A stretch of 64,000 bases of DNA from the NCBI GenBank assembly GCA_017523725.1, contig JAFWVY010000038.1, positions 1,487 to 65,486 of the forward strand, in the 5' to 3' direction. The notes beneath the pieces are model-generated. The model was not told where the DNA came from and did no database searches. It was given only the letters and a program-made list of their open reading frames with translations. This stretch comes from Bacteroidales bacterium. Its GTDB lineage: Bacteria; Bacteroidota; Bacteroidia; Bacteroidales; UBA4181. The stretch's first letter is position 1. The number at the start of each line of letters is the position of its first letter. Below are positions 27,643 through 38,386 of the stretch, piece after piece. Made by a program: the position numbers and the translations under genes.

Positions 27643-28610
27643 CAATCAGAAGAGAGGAGGGCGCGGAGCTGCGCGGCCACAAAAGGGGTCAGCAGGGCGC
27701 CACCGATGCGGTTGGGATGCAGCGGGTCATAGAATCCCTCATCGGGCAGTGCCTCGAGGGCATCGATCCACCGGCAGTTGCCAAGCGTGGCCGTCACCGC
27801 CCGGCGGTACAACGCGTAGGCCTCCCGCGGCCAACCCAACGCCGGGCAGTTCGGCATCAGCACGAAAACCAGCTTCACACCGCGCTGCGCCAGATATCGG
27901 TCGAGCGTCGCGCAGTAGTTCCGGAGCGAGGCAGGCAATTCGAAAACCGTACTCTCTGTCGGCAGGAACTCCCGCTGCAACTGCAGATCGCGGTCATAGG
28001 TCTTGGAATGGTCCGATGGATAGATATATGGATATTTCATATCGTACAAGCCATCGCTTGGCGCATCGTCGTCCAGATGCTTGATCAGCCATTTGGAAAG
28101 TCCCGTCTTAAATGCGCTCCGAGCCCGGAAGTTACGGCGCAGCCGACTTTCGGTCAGCCGTTTCAGATTGGAGGGTCCCAGCAACGCCCGCGGCAATGAA
28201 TCCGGCCGGTAACCGTTCATCGGGAAAGCCACGGAAGCTGCCTCGCTGAGCCATACGGCATCGCGCGTAAATTCCTTTTCGTCGATGCATTGCAGCACCA
28301 CCTTGACGGATGCCGGTAACCGGTCGTAATACAGCATACTCTCAGCCAGGCTCTGCGACACCGAACAGCAGTTCAGTGCCGACAGACCGAGCGAATCCTC
28401 CAGCGTATGGGCATCGAATCCGCTCATGCCGCGGCTGTTGCCCAGCACGACCAGTTCCGGCCGTTCGCGCTGCAAAGCCCCGAGTATCAGGCGTGTCCGC
28501 ACATAATCGTTGGGCAGTCCATGGTAGGCTAGCGGGGTCAGCAAGTTGAGCAACAGCACCAGCAGCGCAGCCGCCCCGATTACCGCTATTACCTTCCCGA
28601 ATTTACGCAT
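27642..28610 (-). CDS. Membrane-anchored SGNH-fold protein, likely O-acyltransferase partner (AlgJ/AlgX/DltD-like)
   Basis: N-terminal TM, LGNSRG, FYDPLHPN (DxxH); directly downstream of an MBOAT gene. Confidence 0.7.
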   Translation of the reverse strand: MRKFGKVIAVIGAAALLVLLLNLLTPLAYHGLPNDYVRTRLILGALQRERPELVVLGNSRGMSGFDAHTLEDSLGLSALNCCSVSQSLAESMLYYDRLPASVKVVLQCIDEKEFTRDAVWLSEAASVAFPMNGYRPDSLPRALLGPSNLKRLTESRLRRNFRARSAFKTGLSKWLIKHLDDDAPSDGLYDMKYPYIYPSDHSKTYDRDLQLQREFLPTESTVFELPASLRNYCATLDRYLAQRGVKLVFVLMPNCPALGWPREAYALYRRAVTATLGNCRWIDALEALPDEGFYDPLHPNRIGGALLTPFVAAQLRALLSSD

Positions 28611-28613
28611 GAC

Positions 28614-30071
28614 TTAGAACTGAAAATAGATAAAGGCCGCATCGTCCACGCCGAACCAGTAGATGAGGGCCAGGAGAAAAGCGCAGAATAATCCTTGCAC
28701 CCATCCCGGCACGGCAGACGGGAAATCCAGCCCGTGCGCCCGTTCGCGGTGCAGCCACTCCGTGACCATCATAATCAGGATGAAAGCGAGTGCAAAAATG
28801 GCATTGACATTGGCAATACCCAGAAAACGGGGCACCGTCAAAATGGAAGGCACGGCCATGCAGCTGAAATAATGCAAGGCATCGTGCAGCGTGGCATTCC
28901 GGAAAAAGACCCAGCCGATCTGCAACAGCAGCGTCATGCCAAGCATTTGCCCCACCTCCCGCCAGGAGGGCAACAGCCGTCCGGCCGCCACGACCTCGGC
29001 ATATTTGCCGCCGTGACCCGTAAAACGGCTTGCCAGTGTGAACACGGCATGAAGGCCGCCCCAGATGACATACGTCCAGGCCGCACCGTGCCAAAGGCCG
29101 CTGAGCAGGAAGAGCGCCAGCATGTTGCGGACAGTCTTCGCATTACCCAGCCGGCTGCCGCCGAGCGGGAAATAGACATAGTCGCGGAACCAGTTCGAAA
29201 GAGAGATGTGCCAGCGGCGCCAGTACTCGGCGATGTTCCGGCTGAAATACGGCACGTCGAAGTTCCGCATCAGGCGGATGCCGAAGAGGCGGGCCGTCCC
29301 GATGGCGATGTCGGAGTAGCCCGAGAAATCGCCGTATATCTGGAAATGGAACAGCAGCACCGCCAGCAGCACCGTGCTGCCCGAATAGAGGCCCGGGTCA
29401 CTGAATACATGCACCACAGGCACCGCACAGGTGTCGGCCACGACCATTTTCTTGAAAAAACCCCACAGCATCTGCCGGAGACCCTCCAGGGCGTCGTCCG
29501 ACGTGAGCGTCCGCTGCCGGCCGAACTGCGGAATCAGGTTCGAGGCCCGTTCGATAGGACCGGCCACGAGCTGCGGAAAAAAACTCACATAGGCAAAGAA
29601 CGCCACCACATCACGTACGGCCGGCATCTTGCCTTTGAACACATCGATGGAATAACCAATAGCCTGGAACGTATAGAAACTGATGCCCACCGGCAGCACA
29701 ATGCTGAGCGGCCGCAAGTCCAGCGGATGACCCAGAAAGGTAAAGGCATCCGACAGACTCTGCGCGAAGAAGTTGTAGTACTTGAAGACGAAGAGCACCC
29801 CAAGGTTCAGCACGACATTCGCCGCCGAAATCCAGTGCGCCTGCCGCGTCCGGCCGGCCGACAGATTCCGGTCGATCCAGAGTCCCGCTCCGAAACTGCA
29901 GGCCGAGGTGAATGCAATCAGGAACAGGAACCGCCAGTCCCACCAGCCGTAAAAGAAGTAGCTGGCCACGACGACAAACAAGTTCTGCCATCTCAGATGC
30001 CGGCGCAGCAGCCAATAGACGGCGAACACGACCGGCAGAAAAAAGAGAAACTCTATCGAACTGAAAATCAT
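28614..30071 (-). CDS. MBOAT O-acyltransferase (AlgI/DltB-like)
   Basis: LPVGISFYTFQ, FFPQLVAGPI, DFSGYSDIA, WRRWHISLS, GLWHG. Confidence 0.95.
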   Translation of the reverse strand: MIFSSIEFLFFLPVVFAVYWLLRRHLRWQNLFVVVASYFFYGWWDWRFLFLIAFTSACSFGAGLWIDRNLSAGRTRQAHWISAANVVLNLGVLFVFKYYNFFAQSLSDAFTFLGHPLDLRPLSIVLPVGISFYTFQAIGYSIDVFKGKMPAVRDVVAFFAYVSFFPQLVAGPIERASNLIPQFGRQRTLTSDDALEGLRQMLWGFFKKMVVADTCAVPVVHVFSDPGLYSGSTVLLAVLLFHFQIYGDFSGYSDIAIGTARLFGIRLMRNFDVPYFSRNIAEYWRRWHISLSNWFRDYVYFPLGGSRLGNAKTVRNMLALFLLSGLWHGAAWTYVIWGGLHAVFTLASRFTGHGGKYAEVVAAGRLLPSWREVGQMLGMTLLLQIGWVFFRNATLHDALHYFSCMAVPSILTVPRFLGIANVNAIFALAFILIMMVTEWLHRERAHGLDFPSAVPGWVQGLFCAFLLALIYWFGVDDAAFIYFQF

Positions 30072-30073
30072 AG

Positions 30074-31327
30074 CTACACCACGGCCTCTCCTTCCTTCTG
30101 GATGCCCGCATTCAGAAGAAACATAAAGACCACGAACGTATCGGTGGCCACCTTGAGCCAGACAATCATGTTGACCAGGAAAAGCAGGAAAAACAGTGTT
30201 TTATCTTCAGGGAAGAAACGCCGGCCACGGCGCATCATATAGACATACAGCAATATGAACGATGTCAGGCCAATAAGACCGAAGTAGAAAATGAAACGTA
30301 TATAGCCGACATCCGTCCACATATAGGTATGACCATTATCAAAAAAGAGGCCGTCACCAATAATCCAAGTCTTTGTGTTCTCCGGAAACACATACATGGT
30401 CTGCAACGTATTGGTGGAACCGGTCTCGAACGATCCTGACTCGAAATAATTGAAGAAACCTTCGAACCCGAATTCCAGATGCTCCCGGAACGAAGTGTCG
30501 GTGGAATATAGAACTACACTGACCACCACGGCAATGGCAAGTATGAACATGAACACCACCATGCCCTTGACCATCGAATAAGCCAGGCCATGCCGGCCGC
30601 TGCGCCGCATCGTTTCTATAGCATAATAAGCCAGTCCAAGTCCGGTGCCCACGATGGTGGTTCTGGCAATCATGCACCCGACTACTGTAATAATCAGAAA
30701 TCCAAGCCAATACCAAAGTGTCAGACGGTTTGTATGCGCAGCCTCATCTTTCAGCAGGAGATGCATCAGGATGACCAGCACACACGAGAAACGGATGCCG
30801 GCAATGTCCAGCTCCGCCCCGATGCCATAGAGGCGATGTGCCATCATCAGACGACTGGCCGATTCTATATAAAAGATGCGGTTGACTGCTGCAGCGAAAG
30901 ACGGGATACGGTCGATCATTACAGCCAGGATGCACTGCATCACACAGACCGCCACCAAATAGCGGCCGATCAGCGTCAGCGACGCCTCGCCGTGCGTATG
31001 CCGCATATAGCGTATCACAGTATAGGCCGCAAAAAACCAGACCCATGCTGATGCGACGTACGTCACCAACGTATTGTCGTTCGTGCCGTTATAAACCGTC
31101 GAGATATAGGCTATGAACGACAGCAGACCTGCATAGAGGCTGATGTCAAACAAGGTCCGGCTGATGATGGCCCTCCGTCGGACCAGCATGTCCATAAAGG
31201 CCGTCAACAAGCCGACTCCCGCCAGAATGGTTTTGAAGTTAACCGTCGGCAAAGCATTCAACGCCACCGGAAACAGACAGAAGTCTGTCAGCAGCAACGT
31301 GAGAATAATCTGGAATGTCTTTTTCAT
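30074..31327 (-). CDS. Polytopic membrane protein, probable Wzy-type polymerase
   Basis: About 10-12 hydrophobic segments, IARTT, a large late loop with WIIGDG...TDVGY; position among GT genes. Confidence 0.65.
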   Translation of the reverse strand: MKKTFQIILTLLLTDFCLFPVALNALPTVNFKTILAGVGLLTAFMDMLVRRRAIISRTLFDISLYAGLLSFIAYISTVYNGTNDNTLVTYVASAWVWFFAAYTVIRYMRHTHGEASLTLIGRYLVAVCVMQCILAVMIDRIPSFAAAVNRIFYIESASRLMMAHRLYGIGAELDIAGIRFSCVLVILMHLLLKDEAAHTNRLTLWYWLGFLIITVVGCMIARTTIVGTGLGLAYYAIETMRRSGRHGLAYSMVKGMVVFMFILAIAVVVSVVLYSTDTSFREHLEFGFEGFFNYFESGSFETGSTNTLQTMYVFPENTKTWIIGDGLFFDNGHTYMWTDVGYIRFIFYFGLIGLTSFILLYVYMMRRGRRFFPEDKTLFFLLFLVNMIVWLKVATDTFVVFMFLLNAGIQKEGEAVV

Positions 31328-31378
31328 CCCTCTGGATTTGAACCGCAACGACCGGACCTGCGTCAGGCGGCCGCAAAA

Positions 31379-32368
31379 TTATCTGAAAAGAACGCCATAA
31401 ACAAATTTAATCACAGCGTAGTAATACAGCCGTAACAGATTATACCGCCGTTTCACCGCCCAGCGCTGCAGCATCTGCGTACGGCGGGAGATGTCGGGAT
31501 TCTCGCCGATGTGCATATTCGCCTCGGGAAACCAGGCCCGCCAGGCCTCGTAGTCGGCGCGGTGCGGCGAAATCAGCAGCGGCAGTTTGACCGTGAGTTG
31601 CAGCTGGTACACGAGCGGGTACAGATGCTCCGGACCATGCCTGCGTAGGTATGCGTCGGCCGCTTCGACATTGGCCGTCACCTCTTCACGGCAGGCCATG
31701 AAATGTTTGGTCAGCGCCGAGGTGTTGGTCTGCACATAGCGGTACAGCGGCCGGTGCACCACCGCCACCCTCCCGGCGTGCAACGCCATGCAGAGCAGTG
31801 CCATCAGGTCCTCCCCCATGTTCCGGCCTTCGATAAAACGGATGTCGTGCTGCGTGTACAGGGTCCGCCGGACCAGGAACAGCCACAGGTTCCAACGCAG
31901 CACGCCGCGGGCCACCTTGACGAACAGTTCCTCCCCGGTCGCCACGTCGGGCTGGTGCATCCGTCGCGCGTTGCGGCCGAACACCATGTCCCACTCGCAT
32001 ACCACAATGTCGGCCTCGCGGTCGAGGGCCGTGCGGTACAATGTCTCCAAGGCATCCGGTACGATGGTGTCGTCGGCATCGACCGAATACACAAAGTCGC
32101 CCTCCGCCAGCTCCATGGCCGTATTGCGGGCCGCCGCCACGCCCCTGTTGTGGTCGTGCCGCGCCGTCTTCACCGTGATGTCGGGCCGGTCGGGCTGCAA
32201 TTCGGCCAAAAGAGCCTGCAGCCGGTCCGGCGTACCGTCGGTGCTGCAGTCGTCCACGAACACCACCTCGAAACCCGACAGCGTCTGTGCAAACAGACTC
32301 CGCACGCAGCCCGCGAGCAGCAGAGCCACGTTATACATCGGCGTGATGACACTTACGCTTGAAGCCAT
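31379..32368 (-). CDS. Glycosyltransferase family 2
   Basis: VSVITPMYN, VDDCSTD, NRGVAAARN, DADD, GED. Confidence 0.92.
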   Translation of the reverse strand: MASSVSVITPMYNVALLLAGCVRSLFAQTLSGFEVVFVDDCSTDGTPDRLQALLAELQPDRPDITVKTARHDHNRGVAAARNTAMELAEGDFVYSVDADDTIVPDALETLYRTALDREADIVVCEWDMVFGRNARRMHQPDVATGEELFVKVARGVLRWNLWLFLVRRTLYTQHDIRFIEGRNMGEDLMALLCMALHAGRVAVVHRPLYRYVQTNTSALTKHFMACREEVTANVEAADAYLRRHGPEHLYPLVYQLQLTVKLPLLISPHRADYEAWRAWFPEANMHIGENPDISRRTQMLQRWAVKRRYNLLRLYYYAVIKFVYGVLFR

Positions 32369-33219
32369 TGCAACACGGTTTCGATGATTTCAGGGCTGTC
32401 GGACGAAAACTTGCGGGCGAACAGGGCGTCCGAATCACGCAGGCGTCCGGCATCCGCCTGGGTGAGCGTATGCACGTGGTGGCCGCTCCAGTCGATGTAA
32501 CGGAAGTGTCCTGTGCCCCAGCTGTCATCTGAAATGATGCGGCACGCCCGCGGCGAACGGCTGCAGATGGTCTGCACGAACACCTCATCGGGGCAGAACG
32601 TATGGTGGAAGACCTGCCGCACCCAGTCGTGCGCCTCCATGACCTCGCGGAGCGTCGGCTCCGTCAGACTCAGCCACTGTGAGCCCTTCCGGAATTCTAT
32701 GTCGCGGTTGCGGCGCCAGCCGGTGAGCATCTGCAGACGCAAGAAAACGGCCCGCACCGCACGCACCGCCAGATTCGTCAGTCCCCCTGCTCTGAAACGG
32801 TCTGGAAAAAGGTGGTACCGACGGAAGTGCCGGTCGAGTTCCTTCGCAGGGCAAGGATAGACATCAACGAAGTCGGTACCGGCGTGGTCGGCAAAGAACT
32901 GTTTGATCTGGTGCACCGGCTTGATGGGCAGGTCCGAACCAGACAGCAGGTGATAATACGCATAGCCGCCGTGCTGCAACGCACGCCCGAAAAGCGCATA
33001 CTCCGCTTCAACGACCGACAGGTCGCCCCAGCGGACATCCACTTCCTGAAAAACCTCCAATGCGGCATGACCGGCATGGAGTTCCGGCCACTGTTTCACC
33101 TTGCGGTCGATGTGGACATAGATGTCGTGGTCGGCATCGTCCAGCGCCGACACGAGCGTCTGGAGCAACGCAAAATCAGCGTGCGCCATAATCAGATAGG
33201 CATGTCGGAGGGCGGGCAT
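32353..33219 (-). CDS. GT14 / core-2 I-branching-type glycosyltransferase
   Basis: HAYLIMAH, HID.K, VRWG, LLSGSDLP, GSQW, PDE, FARKF. Confidence 0.9.
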   Translation of the reverse strand: MPALRHAYLIMAHADFALLQTLVSALDDADHDIYVHIDRKVKQWPELHAGHAALEVFQEVDVRWGDLSVVEAEYALFGRALQHGGYAYYHLLSGSDLPIKPVHQIKQFFADHAGTDFVDVYPCPAKELDRHFRRYHLFPDRFRAGGLTNLAVRAVRAVFLRLQMLTGWRRNRDIEFRKGSQWLSLTEPTLREVMEAHDWVRQVFHHTFCPDEVFVQTICSRSPRACRIISDDSWGTGHFRYIDWSGHHVHTLTQADAGRLRDSDALFARKFSSDSPEIIETVLQWLQA

Positions 33220-34194
33220 TTATTTCTCAGTCTTGCCGGCCTGACGGCGCACCCATGAGGCATACACCCGGACCGGCCAGGTGACATGGTGGTTCAGCAA
33301 CCACATCGCAATTCTCATTTTCCAGTGCAGAAAGGGATTCGACCTCAGATAGCGGTTGCCTTCCGGCCAGATAGTATCATAAAGCGGATACTTCTCCGGC
33401 TGCAGCACCAGGTCGGATTTCAGCAATTGTACGCGCCAGTTCATCTCAGGGTTGAAACGGTCGTCCAGATGCCGTCCGGCCAGGAAATCCCGGATCAGAT
33501 TCCATCCCTTCAGAATGTCGTTCACATATTTGTCGGTACGGTAGTCGAGCACCGTCAGCGACGCCATATTCTGCATGTTGTAGAAATACAGCGGCCGGTC
33601 CACCTTGACAATGCGGCGGGCAAAACAAATATATCGGGCCATGAACTCGGCATCCTCCATAGAGGATATATCCGTGAAGGACAAATTATTATAAAACACA
33701 ACCGATGTCCGGAGCAGCTTATTCCAGACATTGCCGCCATAGCCGTCCCGGAACATGGCCGACAGCGTGTCGAGCGGATCGTCCGCCACCTGAAATGTGC
33801 GATAGGGATGCATCCCGTCGGCACGCACCATCGTGAAATCCGAAACCACCATGTCCGTCTGTCCGTCCATCGAAGCGATAAGCGTTGCATACATGTCCGG
33901 TGCCAGATAATCGTCGGTGTCGATGAACGACACAAACGTGCTGCCAGTATCGCGGATGGCCGCCAGTCCCGTATTACGCGCCCCGGACTGACCCTGATTC
34001 TCCTGGTGAATCACCCGGATCCGTTCATCCTGCCGCGCATAAGCCTCGCAAATGTCCGGCGAATCGTCCGTCGATCCGTCGTCCACAAGCACCAGCTCGT
34101 AATCGGTGAAAGACTGAGCCAGCACACTGTCCAGGCAACGGCGCAGATACGGTCCGACATTATACACCGGTGCGATAATCGAGAGAAGCGCCAT
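33220..34194 (-). CDS. Glycosyltransferase family 2
   Basis: IIAPVYN, VDDGSTD, FIDTDD, WNKL, ED. Confidence 0.92.
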   Translation of the reverse strand: MALLSIIAPVYNVGPYLRRCLDSVLAQSFTDYELVLVDDGSTDDSPDICEAYARQDERIRVIHQENQGQSGARNTGLAAIRDTGSTFVSFIDTDDYLAPDMYATLIASMDGQTDMVVSDFTMVRADGMHPYRTFQVADDPLDTLSAMFRDGYGGNVWNKLLRTSVVFYNNLSFTDISSMEDAEFMARYICFARRIVKVDRPLYFYNMQNMASLTVLDYRTDKYVNDILKGWNLIRDFLAGRHLDDRFNPEMNWRVQLLKSDLVLQPEKYPLYDTIWPEGNRYLRSNPFLHWKMRIAMWLLNHHVTWPVRVYASWVRRQAGKTEK

Positions 34195-34200
34195 AATGAC

Positions 34201-35232
34201 TTATTTCCAGATAACACCCCGCAGCGGGCGGCCGAGCAACCGATACACCACAAGGAAAAAGATTTGTTTGTAACAGGCGCCCCAACGCACCGGCAATGCA
34301 TAGTGCAGATCGCGCAGCAGGCCGCCGAAACCGATGACACCCAGCCGGAATGCCCGGAAGGGTTTGAGATAGCACTGCCGGCGGAACTGCGGATAGAGTT
34401 CTTTGAAAAGTTCTGTATCGCCGCGCCAGAGCAGTGAGTACATCACACCGCAACGCTTACCCTCGAACACGGCATATTCACTGCGTCCTTCCGTCCGGCC
34501 TTCGTCCACGATGAAACGGCGTATCTCGTCGAACACCCGCACGTATAATTCGGCATCTTTCCGGACGGACATGCCGGTCATGATGGAGGCGCCACGTACC
34601 GTGTAGCGGTAGGTCGTTTCGCCGACCACATACATGCTGCGGGCCTTGCAGGCCAGCTGGAACGACCAGATCGCATCCTCGTGGTTCAGGCCCTCAAAGA
34701 AAAAGAGGTTGTTCTCTTTCAGGAAACGGAGGTTGCACAACTTGTTCCAGGCCATCACATACCATGCGCCGGCCGCATACATCGGCAGCACATCCGTGGA
34801 AGGACCGGCCGGCATCCGGAGCATCGAGGCCCCTTCCACCGTCTCATAATCGCCGATGACAAAGTCGAAGTCCTGCCCACGGAGCGGTGCCGTCAAACGG
34901 TCCAGGGCTTCAGGCGGCAGGCTGTCGTCGCTGTCCAGGAAATACACGTAATCTCCCCGGGCTTCGGCCATGCCCGTGTTCCGGGCAGCCGAAAGACCGC
35001 GGTTGTGCGTATGGTGCAGCAGCCGGACCGTCAGTTCCGGATGGGCATCGATGAACGCCTGCGCCTTTTCCACGCTGCGGTCGGTACCGCAGTCGTCCAC
35101 CACAATCACCTCAAAGCGCCGATACGTCTGGGCCGCGACAGACGCCAGGCACGTATCGATGTAATCCTCCACCTGGAAGACCGGAATCACAATGGACACC
35201 CATGGTCCTTCCGATGGGTATCTGGAGGTCAT
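34201..35232 (-). CDS. Glycosyltransferase family 2
   Basis: VSIVIPVF, VDDCGTD, GLSAARN, FLDSDD, AWNKL, HED. Confidence 0.92.
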   Translation of the reverse strand: MTSRYPSEGPWVSIVIPVFQVEDYIDTCLASVAAQTYRRFEVIVVDDCGTDRSVEKAQAFIDAHPELTVRLLHHTHNRGLSAARNTGMAEARGDYVYFLDSDDSLPPEALDRLTAPLRGQDFDFVIGDYETVEGASMLRMPAGPSTDVLPMYAAGAWYVMAWNKLCNLRFLKENNLFFFEGLNHEDAIWSFQLACKARSMYVVGETTYRYTVRGASIMTGMSVRKDAELYVRVFDEIRRFIVDEGRTEGRSEYAVFEGKRCGVMYSLLWRGDTELFKELYPQFRRQCYLKPFRAFRLGVIGFGGLLRDLHYALPVRWGACYKQIFFLVVYRLLGRPLRGVIWK

Positions 35233-36365
35233 GACAGCCAACTGTATAAGGTTTCCATAAACGGTTTCACCGCAAACATTTCGCTGCGCCGCCGCGCCTG
35301 TGCGGCATAGTGTGTCCGCATCTCGGCATGGTCCATCAACTGTCGTAGTGCGTCTGCGATAGCCGGCACATCCTCCGGCACCACGATGCCGAACTCACTG
35401 TCGCCCAAGATATCACGCGCCCCGGAAATATCGGTGGCCACTACCGGCAGACCGAGACAGAGCGCCTCGCAGAGCGTCAGCGGGTAGCCTTCGGCTTCGG
35501 AAGTATTCAGAAATATATCGGCATCTGCCATATAGGGATAGGGCGGCCGTACAAAACCCATGAACTCGATACAATCGGTCACGCCGAGCTGCTGCGCCAG
35601 CGCCCGGAGCCGCTGTTCCTCACTGCCATCGCCCAAGATACGGAGGACGAAGTCACGGCCGTCCTGCTTCAGCAAGGCCGCCACCTCGAGTGCACGGTCA
35701 TAACGTTTCTGAGGGTTCAGCCGGCCCGCCATGCAGATGGTGAATCTGGTCTTCCCCGGTCTTCCGGAAGCAGCCAGCCGGTTGATTTCGACACAATCCA
35801 CAAGATTGTTCAGCACGCTCATCGGTACATCCACCTGCGGGAAAAGCTGCCGGAAGGTCTGTTCCGCCGTACCGGAGACAAAGACCACACGGTCCATATG
35901 GCTGTAGGCGCACGCCTCGTCTGCATCGCTGGCAAAATATTGTTTAGACCAGTGTTTGCGAAGCAGGTCGATATGAACCCACGACAGGTGTTTCGCGGCC
36001 CGGTCGAACAGCATCGCATGCAACTGGACGGGCGCGCCCTCCATGAAAGAGACGATGGCATCGTAGGGTCCGCCGGCCCGCCGGCGTATCCACCGGGAAC
36101 GACAACGCATAACATAGGGCCACCACAGATGCAGCCGCATGAGCAGGCGGTGCAGCCGCTGCCGGGCCGTTCCGTTCCGGCGGAAACAATACCGGACCTG
36201 CACCTGGCCGGGCACATCGTGCAACAGTTCCCCGCCGTAATACTCAAGCAGCAGGGTGACGTCGTAACGGTCGTGGTCGAACCGGCGCAGCGTATCGATG
36301 AGCAGTTTCTCAGCCCCGCCGCCGGACATCCCCGGCATGATAAAAAGCACCGAAGTCTTCGTCAT
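35229..36365 (-). CDS. Glycosyltransferase family 4
   Basis: GGGAEK, GRLNPQK, SEAEGYPLTLCEA. Confidence 0.9.
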   Translation of the reverse strand: MTKTSVLFIMPGMSGGGAEKLLIDTLRRFDHDRYDVTLLLEYYGGELLHDVPGQVQVRYCFRRNGTARQRLHRLLMRLHLWWPYVMRCRSRWIRRRAGGPYDAIVSFMEGAPVQLHAMLFDRAAKHLSWVHIDLLRKHWSKQYFASDADEACAYSHMDRVVFVSGTAEQTFRQLFPQVDVPMSVLNNLVDCVEINRLAASGRPGKTRFTICMAGRLNPQKRYDRALEVAALLKQDGRDFVLRILGDGSEEQRLRALAQQLGVTDCIEFMGFVRPPYPYMADADIFLNTSEAEGYPLTLCEALCLGLPVVATDISGARDILGDSEFGIVVPEDVPAIADALRQLMDHAEMRTHYAAQARRRSEMFAVKPFMETLYSWLS

Positions 36366-36372
36366 GGTTCTG

Positions 36373-37320
36373 TCATGCATTCGCCGTCTGCCGGAGACGC
36401 GCCACATACTGCCACCCTTCGCGGACACCCCGCCGGAAAGCATCGTAACGGTCGCCACCCCGCAGGGCATATTTCAACGCCTGCAGGCCGTAGGCATAGG
36501 CGATGGCCAGCACCGCCCAGAACCGCGAGAACGGGTTACGGACCGGCTTATAGATAAATTTATACCAGAATATCAATTTGTTGCGGTATTCCGAATAGAT
36601 GAGGCGTGCCTCCCGCTCGTCGCTCTGCCGCAACGTGGAGCCGGCATCGGCATGTACGATGCCGCTGTCAAACGAGGTGAGCATCCTGAGTCCGTGGAGA
36701 TGCATCTTGTAGAACATCACCATGTCATCGGGGATGCAGTACGGCACCTCGTCAAGCCATAGTTCATCCTCGTAGCGGATGGCCAGAAAATCGCGTTTCC
36801 GGCACAGGAAACACGGCCCGGCATTGGTCTCTGAGCGGTACACCGGCCGCCGTGGCCGGTTGTTGTACGAGAATCCGGCCGTCGGCAGCACCTTGAACGC
36901 CCAGCGGTGTCCCCAGGGCCGGCAGACCTCGCGCCCCGTCAGCGTCCGGATGAGCTTCTGCCGGAACGTAGCATCGTGGTTATGGAACGTGGCCGGCGCA
37001 ATGACATCACCGCCGTATGTTTCCAACTCCTGGAACAGCGTGGCCACCCCGTCGGGCGGCATCTCCACGTCATCGTCCAGGAACAGGATGTACTCGCTGT
37101 CTATCTCGCTGTACGAAAGCGCCCGCTGTGCCGCCATGCCCTTCCGGACATACACGTATTTCTCGCGTCCGACCGTTTCGCGCGGCAAGGCATAGCCCTC
37201 GGCAATGTACACCACGATGGCCTCGGGCTGCAGCGTCTGCCGCACGATGCTGTCGAGCGTCCGCTGATAGAAAGCACAGGCGGTGCCCAAGGTCCGGATG
37301 GCCACGGAATAGCTTGGCAT
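36373..37320 (-). CDS. Glycosyltransferase, GT-A fold (GT2-like)
   Basis: YSVAIRTLG, GMAAQR, LFLDDD, PDD. Confidence 0.85.
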   Translation of the reverse strand: MPSYSVAIRTLGTACAFYQRTLDSIVRQTLQPEAIVVYIAEGYALPRETVGREKYVYVRKGMAAQRALSYSEIDSEYILFLDDDVEMPPDGVATLFQELETYGGDVIAPATFHNHDATFRQKLIRTLTGREVCRPWGHRWAFKVLPTAGFSYNNRPRRPVYRSETNAGPCFLCRKRDFLAIRYEDELWLDEVPYCIPDDMVMFYKMHLHGLRMLTSFDSGIVHADAGSTLRQSDEREARLIYSEYRNKLIFWYKFIYKPVRNPFSRFWAVLAIAYAYGLQALKYALRGGDRYDAFRRGVREGWQYVARLRQTANA

Positions 37321-37321
37321 G

Positions 37322-38383
37322 TCAGCGCGTTTCGAGGTTTGTCAGATCCGGCAGCCGTCGGCCGAGTTGGATGAACCATTTTTCGAGCGGCTTCCAGCAG
37401 GCTATGCGCACCCGGTCAATCAGGACCGACGCAGCAAAGACCAGCACGATAAAAGCCAGACAGAGCAATACGTACACCGGTCCGCTGAAATGCGTGAACA
37501 GGTACCAGCCGGCACTGCCGTAAAAAGGTCCCAGTATCGAATTCTTATGAAAGAGGAATACCGCCAGGCATGACACCGCCACGCCGTTGATAAACCGGCT
37601 CTGGAATTTCAGTTTGGAAAAACAGAGCAACATGGCCACGGCCGCCACCAGATTGAATGGGTTTAGGTAGACATGCAACAAATTATCCACCTCGTCACTC
37701 ACACTGTATGCTGTTACAACATACGACAGCAGGCTGTTGGCGGTGGTTGCCAACAGGAAGACCGCCAAACAAATCCATGCGGACAGGCGCTCCACCCACG
37801 CCGACATATACAGCCGGATATAGCGGGCCACAAGATAAAGTCCGACAAAAGAGAGCGCCGAATTTCCCCGGACGAACTCAGGCGCCGCATCCGTCCAGCC
37901 GTACACCAGGGCAAAACCCATGAAGAGCGAGGTCGCCAAGGCGAGCTGCCCCTTTCCGGCCCGGTCGATAAACGCATTCAGCAGCGGTGAAAGGATATAC
38001 AGGATGATATAGCTCTTGACGAACCAGATGTTCATAGTGAAGAGTCCGAGCGAGGCCAGATTCTTGATGGCCATCGGCTCGCCGAACCCGAAGATGCAGG
38101 CAGCCAACCATATCAGCAAAGCAAAAAAGATGCACTGGAAAAACAGACCGGCCAGCCGGCTGACCCGGAACCGGATACCGAACCAGCCGGAAATCAATAC
38201 AAAAATATTGACAGCCGGTTCGGCCAGACACTGGAAGAAATAGCGCATCCACGTGTTCAAAGGCTCCATAGCACACTGCTCAACCGACGGCCGGCCTGTC
38301 GCCCCGATGTTGATGTGCAGCACCAGGATCATCAGCATGGCCAGGATGCGCAGCAATTCCATATTGGACTGTCTCTCCTTCAT
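37322..38383 (-). CDS. Acyltransferase family 3
   Basis: RQSNMELLRILAM..LH, VNIFVLISGWF, WFV, multiple TMs. Confidence 0.9.
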   Translation of the reverse strand: MKERQSNMELLRILAMLMILVLHINIGATGRPSVEQCAMEPLNTWMRYFFQCLAEPAVNIFVLISGWFGIRFRVSRLAGLFFQCIFFALLIWLAACIFGFGEPMAIKNLASLGLFTMNIWFVKSYIILYILSPLLNAFIDRAGKGQLALATSLFMGFALVYGWTDAAPEFVRGNSALSFVGLYLVARYIRLYMSAWVERLSAWICLAVFLLATTANSLLSYVVTAYSVSDEVDNLLHVYLNPFNLVAAVAMLLCFSKLKFQSRFINGVAVSCLAVFLFHKNSILGPFYGSAGWYLFTHFSGPVYVLLCLAFIVLVFAASVLIDRVRIACWKPLEKWFIQLGRRLPDLTNLETR

Positions 38384-38386
38384 GGG

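Noticed and set aside
28695-30242. 515-aa plus-strand ORF
   Set aside because: Antisense shadow of the MBOAT gene.
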